56,646 nucleotides of DNA from a virus (Duplodnaviria; Caudoviricetes), in the IMG/VR virus record IMGVR_UViG_3300042934_000556, positions 1-56,646 of that record; one strand, 5' to 3'. The notes below the pieces were generated by a model. It was not told the DNA's origin. It made no database searches and was given only the letters and a program-made list of their open reading frames with translations. Shown piece after piece: positions 53,804 through 56,646 of this stretch. Position 1 is the first letter of the stretch. Each line of letters begins with the position of its first letter. The position numbers and the translations under genes were made by a program.

Positions 53804-54352
53804 CTACGGTCTCCGTTCGCGCTCTCGTGCGATGTTCCTAGCAATGGCTCCGGCTCCTGCGGCTACGGCAGCAGAAGTGCCGCCAGTCGCGTAAGCAGCT
53901 CCTGCCGAAAGGGCCGTACCGAGACCCGTCTTGACGGCCTTTCCGGTTTCCGTCTCCAGGAATTTCCGAACCTTCTCGACGGTCTCGCCGTAAGCGAGAA
54001 CCTTCTTGACCTGATCGTGGCCCTTGTCGACAGATGACTTCTGGGGAGACCCAGGCGGGGGTGTCACAATATTCCGGTACTGGCGTTCCAGGTTCATGCG
54101 GGTCAGAAGACCTTGGAGTTCCTGGTTGCTGAGCGAATGTGTCCCGCCTTCGGCAATCTTGCGCTGGGCGTCCATGGCAGCCTTGACGTCGGCCGAGACC
54201 TTGGGTTTCGAAGCCGATCGAGACTCGGATGATCCGCCGGAACCGCCCGCTCGAGCGAGTTCTGCATCGGAGCGACGTACGCCCCACTTCATGCCCTTGA
54301 CACCGTGATGACTCAGGCTGCCGGAATAACCTCCGGGTCGGGATCGATCCAC
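53804..54352 (-). CDS. HYG-motif protein
   Basis: SLSHHGVKGMKWGVRR; LSNQEL...RMNLERQY; probable GTG start at 54352 after GAGGAGG. Confidence 0.75.
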   Translation of the reverse strand: MDRSRPGGYSGSLSHHGVKGMKWGVRRSDAELARAGGSGGSSESRSASKPKVSADVKAAMDAQRKIAEGGTHSLSNQELQGLLTRMNLERQYRNIVTPPPGSPQKSSVDKGHDQVKKVLAYGETVEKVRKFLETETGKAVKTGLGTALSAGAAYATGGTSAAVAAGAGAIARNIARERERRP

Positions 54353-54690
54353 TGGTCCTCCTCTCGCAGGACGTTGAGGCGCCACTCAAGTTCGGCGGCG
54401 GTCTTGTTCATGGCATCGAGGGCGAACGAGGTCCCTGGAGGATCGAAGAGAAGTCGTACCTTCAAGTACAGATACGACTTCACCATGTTCATCCGTGAGT
54501 CGCCCCCGATGAAGCTTTCCCACGTGGCCGTAGAGTCCTCGATCATGAACCCTTCGGTCGGACCTATCCCGACTTGGGTCAGGACTGAGATCATGCTGTT
54601 AAGATGAAGCATGATGTCGAGGTCGAACGAGGTGTCAGCCTCACTGAGACCGATGAGCTTCTTCGTTGACGTAAGGATGCTCTGCGCCAC
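54313..54690 (-). CDS. Head-tail connector/adaptor protein
   Basis: SIL...KKLIG...FD.DI...YLKVRLLFDPP...ELEWR. Confidence 0.7.
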   Translation of the reverse strand: MAQSILTSTKKLIGLSEADTSFDLDIMLHLNSMISVLTQVGIGPTEGFMIEDSTATWESFIGGDSRMNMVKSYLYLKVRLLFDPPGTSFALDAMNKTAAELEWRLNVLREEDQWIDPDPEVIPAA

Positions 54691-54727
54691 GTGGGAAACC
54701 TCCTTTCATTTTGACGATGTTGCGTGT

Positions 54728-55612
54728 TCAGTCTCGACGATTGACCTCGGCCTGTACGGCGTCGTAGTTGTAACCCGCCTTCGTCAGCCGGGACTTGCGC
54801 TCGGCACCGTCACCCCAGTCGCCTCGGATGACCTGCGTGGCGACCTGGCTGACGGTCAGCTTGGGCTTGGTCTCGCCCTTGGGCGTGAGCAGCCGGTTGA
54901 CCTCGGCTTGGACCTTCTTGGCGTCGTAGCCCGCCTTCTTGAGACGAGAGACGCGGTCCGTTCCGTTGCCCCAGCCGCCTCGGCCCTCGATGATCTCGTT
55001 GGCGATCTGGCTGACGGTCTTCTTGACCGGCGGGTCGCCCGCCTTAAGACGACGAACCTCAGCCTGGACGACGGAGTAGTTGTAACCGGCTGCCCTCAGA
55101 CGGCTCTCTCGCTCTGGACCGTTCCCCCACTCACCCTTGATGACAGACTTTACGATCGCGTCGAGACTCAGGGGGCCGTCGTTCTTGTCGGGGGTGGAGG
55201 GGTCCGGGGAGGAGGGGGTGGGCTTTTGGTAGCTGCCCGAGAAGAACAGTGCGTGGACGTGGTCCTTGTGGTTCGCCGTGCTGTTACCTCGGTCAGCCAT
55301 GCCACGTACGACGCCGGGGCTGGTGACGGTCGAGGTGATCTTCTGGTACCAAATGACGTGCTGTAGGCGGAGCCGCTTACGGTTCTTCCAGATGTAGTTC
55401 CGAACCCAGTCACCGGCCGCCTTGTTGCGGACCATGAAGTCCAGGGCTCGGCCGCTGTGGTGCTCGGTGTTGCTGGCGTTGCCGTCGTACCCCCACATGT
55501 ACCAGACGTCGTGTCCGGCTTCCTGGGCAGCGTCGAAGACCTCCCGGGAAATGGACTTGGTGGTGGCGGTGATCTTACCGAGCTTGGCGCTGGCGTGGCT
55601 GTAGGTGGTCAT
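54728..55612 (-). CDS. Endolysin: M15/DD-peptidase-like catalytic domain plus three Cpl-7 (CW_7) repeats
   Basis: EHHSGRALDF...HKDHVH; three (V/I)I.G..WG.G..R..RL..AGY....VQAEV repeats; ATG at 55612 coupled to the upstream stop. Confidence 0.85.
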   Translation of the reverse strand: MTTYSHASAKLGKITATTKSISREVFDAAQEAGHDVWYMWGYDGNASNTEHHSGRALDFMVRNKAAGDWVRNYIWKNRKRLRLQHVIWYQKITSTVTSPGVVRGMADRGNSTANHKDHVHALFFSGSYQKPTPSSPDPSTPDKNDGPLSLDAIVKSVIKGEWGNGPERESRLRAAGYNYSVVQAEVRRLKAGDPPVKKTVSQIANEIIEGRGGWGNGTDRVSRLKKAGYDAKKVQAEVNRLLTPKGETKPKLTVSQVATQVIRGDWGDGAERKSRLTKAGYNYDAVQAEVNRRD

Positions 55613-55746
55613 GCGGACTGGTCCTCCTCGGCGTCGAAGTCGGCCGCGCTCTCTTCGGCGAGAACGGTGTCGGCCAGCTCGTCCTCGCTGACGTCGTTGA
55701 TCGGCGGGCAGGGCCCGGTGGGCTCGTCGGTCTTCTTGGTGGTCAT
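55609..55746 (-). CDS. 45-aa acidic peptide (not in ORF track)
   Basis: AGGAGGAG RBS; MTTKKTDEPTGPCPPINDVSEDELAD...; ATGA overlap with the endolysin. Confidence 0.65.
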   Translation of the reverse strand: MTTKKTDEPTGPCPPINDVSEDELADTVLAEESAADFDAEEDQSA

Positions 55747-55754
55747 TGCTCCTC

Positions 55755-56174
55755 CTACCAGAGCTTCGTGTCGCCGGGCTGTCGGGCAACGAGCGGACGG
55801 GGAAGTAGTCTCTCGTCGCCGTAGTGGATGGCGTTGTGCGTTCGGTGAGTAACCGTGATCAGGTTGTCCGGGTCGATGAGACAGGGGTCTCCGGATTCGA
55901 GTTGTTGGAGAGTGATGGGATTGATGTGATGAATATAGACCCGATCATGGATCTCATAACCCTCGATCCCAAGATCGCAACCTTCATCTCGGACGATGAT
56001 CCTGTCCCGAGCTTGGCGCCACTCTCGTGAGGTGTAGAACCCTTGGTTGACCCATCGGTCAAAACCAAAGGTCGCTTGTCCTACGTTCCCTCGAAGAGCG
56101 AGGTAGCGAAAACGTTCGGCGAACGTTGTCAGCTTACGAAGCTCTCGGTAACTCCTATTCATCGGGCTGCTCAA
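55755..56174 (-). CDS. HNH endonuclease (packaging-associated)
   Basis: FYTSREW...RD..C...IHHI.P...NL...THNAIH. Confidence 0.85.
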   Translation of the reverse strand: MSSPMNRSYRELRKLTTFAERFRYLALRGNVGQATFGFDRWVNQGFYTSREWRQARDRIIVRDEGCDLGIEGYEIHDRVYIHHINPITLQQLESGDPCLIDPDNLITVTHRTHNAIHYGDERLLPRPLVARQPGDTKLW

Positions 56175-56499
56175 ACGGTTGCTGACCGGAATAAGCCCGC
56201 ATGGCGCTGATCGCGTTAGTGTACAGTTCCTCGATCCGCTGCTGAGACTCGTAGGCCTCGCGCTTGACCTTGAGTAGTTCGTTCTCGTGTCTGAGACGCT
56301 CCTGCTCGAGGATCTCTCGGGTCGAACCTAGCTTCAGGAAATGGGTGATCACCTGAGCTGAGGCTGTACCATCTTCCAACTGCTGTTCAGCGAGCCTGGC
56401 GGCCTTAGCCACGAGCTGACTCTCCCGAGCCTCGGGAGTTGCGGCCGGTTTATGTCGACTAGGTCTCGGTTGCGGATCACTTTGTCGGCGAGCAGGCAC
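56155..56499 (-). CDS. Probable terminase small subunit
   Basis: First gene of the packaging operon; GAAAGGAG RBS before GTG at 56499 (alternative TTG at 56508); function inferred from position. Confidence 0.55.
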   Translation of the reverse strand: MPARRQSDPQPRPSRHKPAATPEARESQLVAKAARLAEQQLEDGTASAQVITHFLKLGSTREILEQERLRHENELLKVKREAYESQQRIEELYTNAISAMRAYSGQQPFEQPDE

Positions 56500-56646
56500 G
56501 GTTTTCAACTCCTTTCGGTTGGGTTCATGTCAAGAAAGTTAGACTCCTGGGACCTCAGCCCTAGGTTTGTTTGACCAAAAGTTCCCCCGGGGCTTTCTGG
56601 GGGTGTAAAACTTCTGCCGAAAAGTTCCCCCGGAGGAAAAATATGG
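56471..56646. repeat. Terminal direct repeat / circular overlap, right copy
   Basis: Matches 1-176 with one mismatch. Confidence 0.95.

Noticed and set aside
54728-55789. 353-aa endolysin start given by the ORF track
   Set aside because: The N-terminal 59 aa overlap a separate 45-aa ORF with a strong RBS; ATG at 55612 is coupled to that ORF's stop
1-56646. Prophage or temperate lifestyle
   Set aside because: No integrase, repressor cassette or host flanking genes seen, and the ends overlap as a circle

Overview
This window is an apparently complete, circularised tailed-phage (siphovirus-type) genome of about 56.47 kb. Positions 1-176 repeat at 56471-56646 with one mismatch. It is GC-rich, and the host is probably actinobacterial (inference). 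Essentially all genes lie on the minus strand. Order in the direction of transcription: terminase small subunit candidate, HNH nuclease, endolysin, head-tail connector, terminase large subunit, a block of 'HYGVKGMKWG'-motif proteins (GNAT, zincin and unknown cargo domains), portal, protease-capsid fusion, tail module, holins, an array of small genes each bounded by repeats, DUF6353-like genes, a 1337-aa helicase-primase-DNA polymerase fusion, small accessory genes, SLOG-SSB, SF2 helicase, a putative origin, nucleases, and a 927-aa single-subunit two-barrel (DFDGD) RNA polymerase. I saw no integrase, tRNA or CRISPR array. Most notable: (1) ten single-gene cassettes at 21.6-28.5 kb, each with the same promoter-like repeat, nine ending in the same hairpin repeat; (2) a shared L-x-H/HYG leader on the RNA polymerase and six other proteins, matching L-x-H sites in the capsid scaffold, which suggests protease-processed virion cargo; (3) a strongly strand-biased genome-wide AATAT motif. 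Family assignments come from motif recognition by eye, not from database searches.
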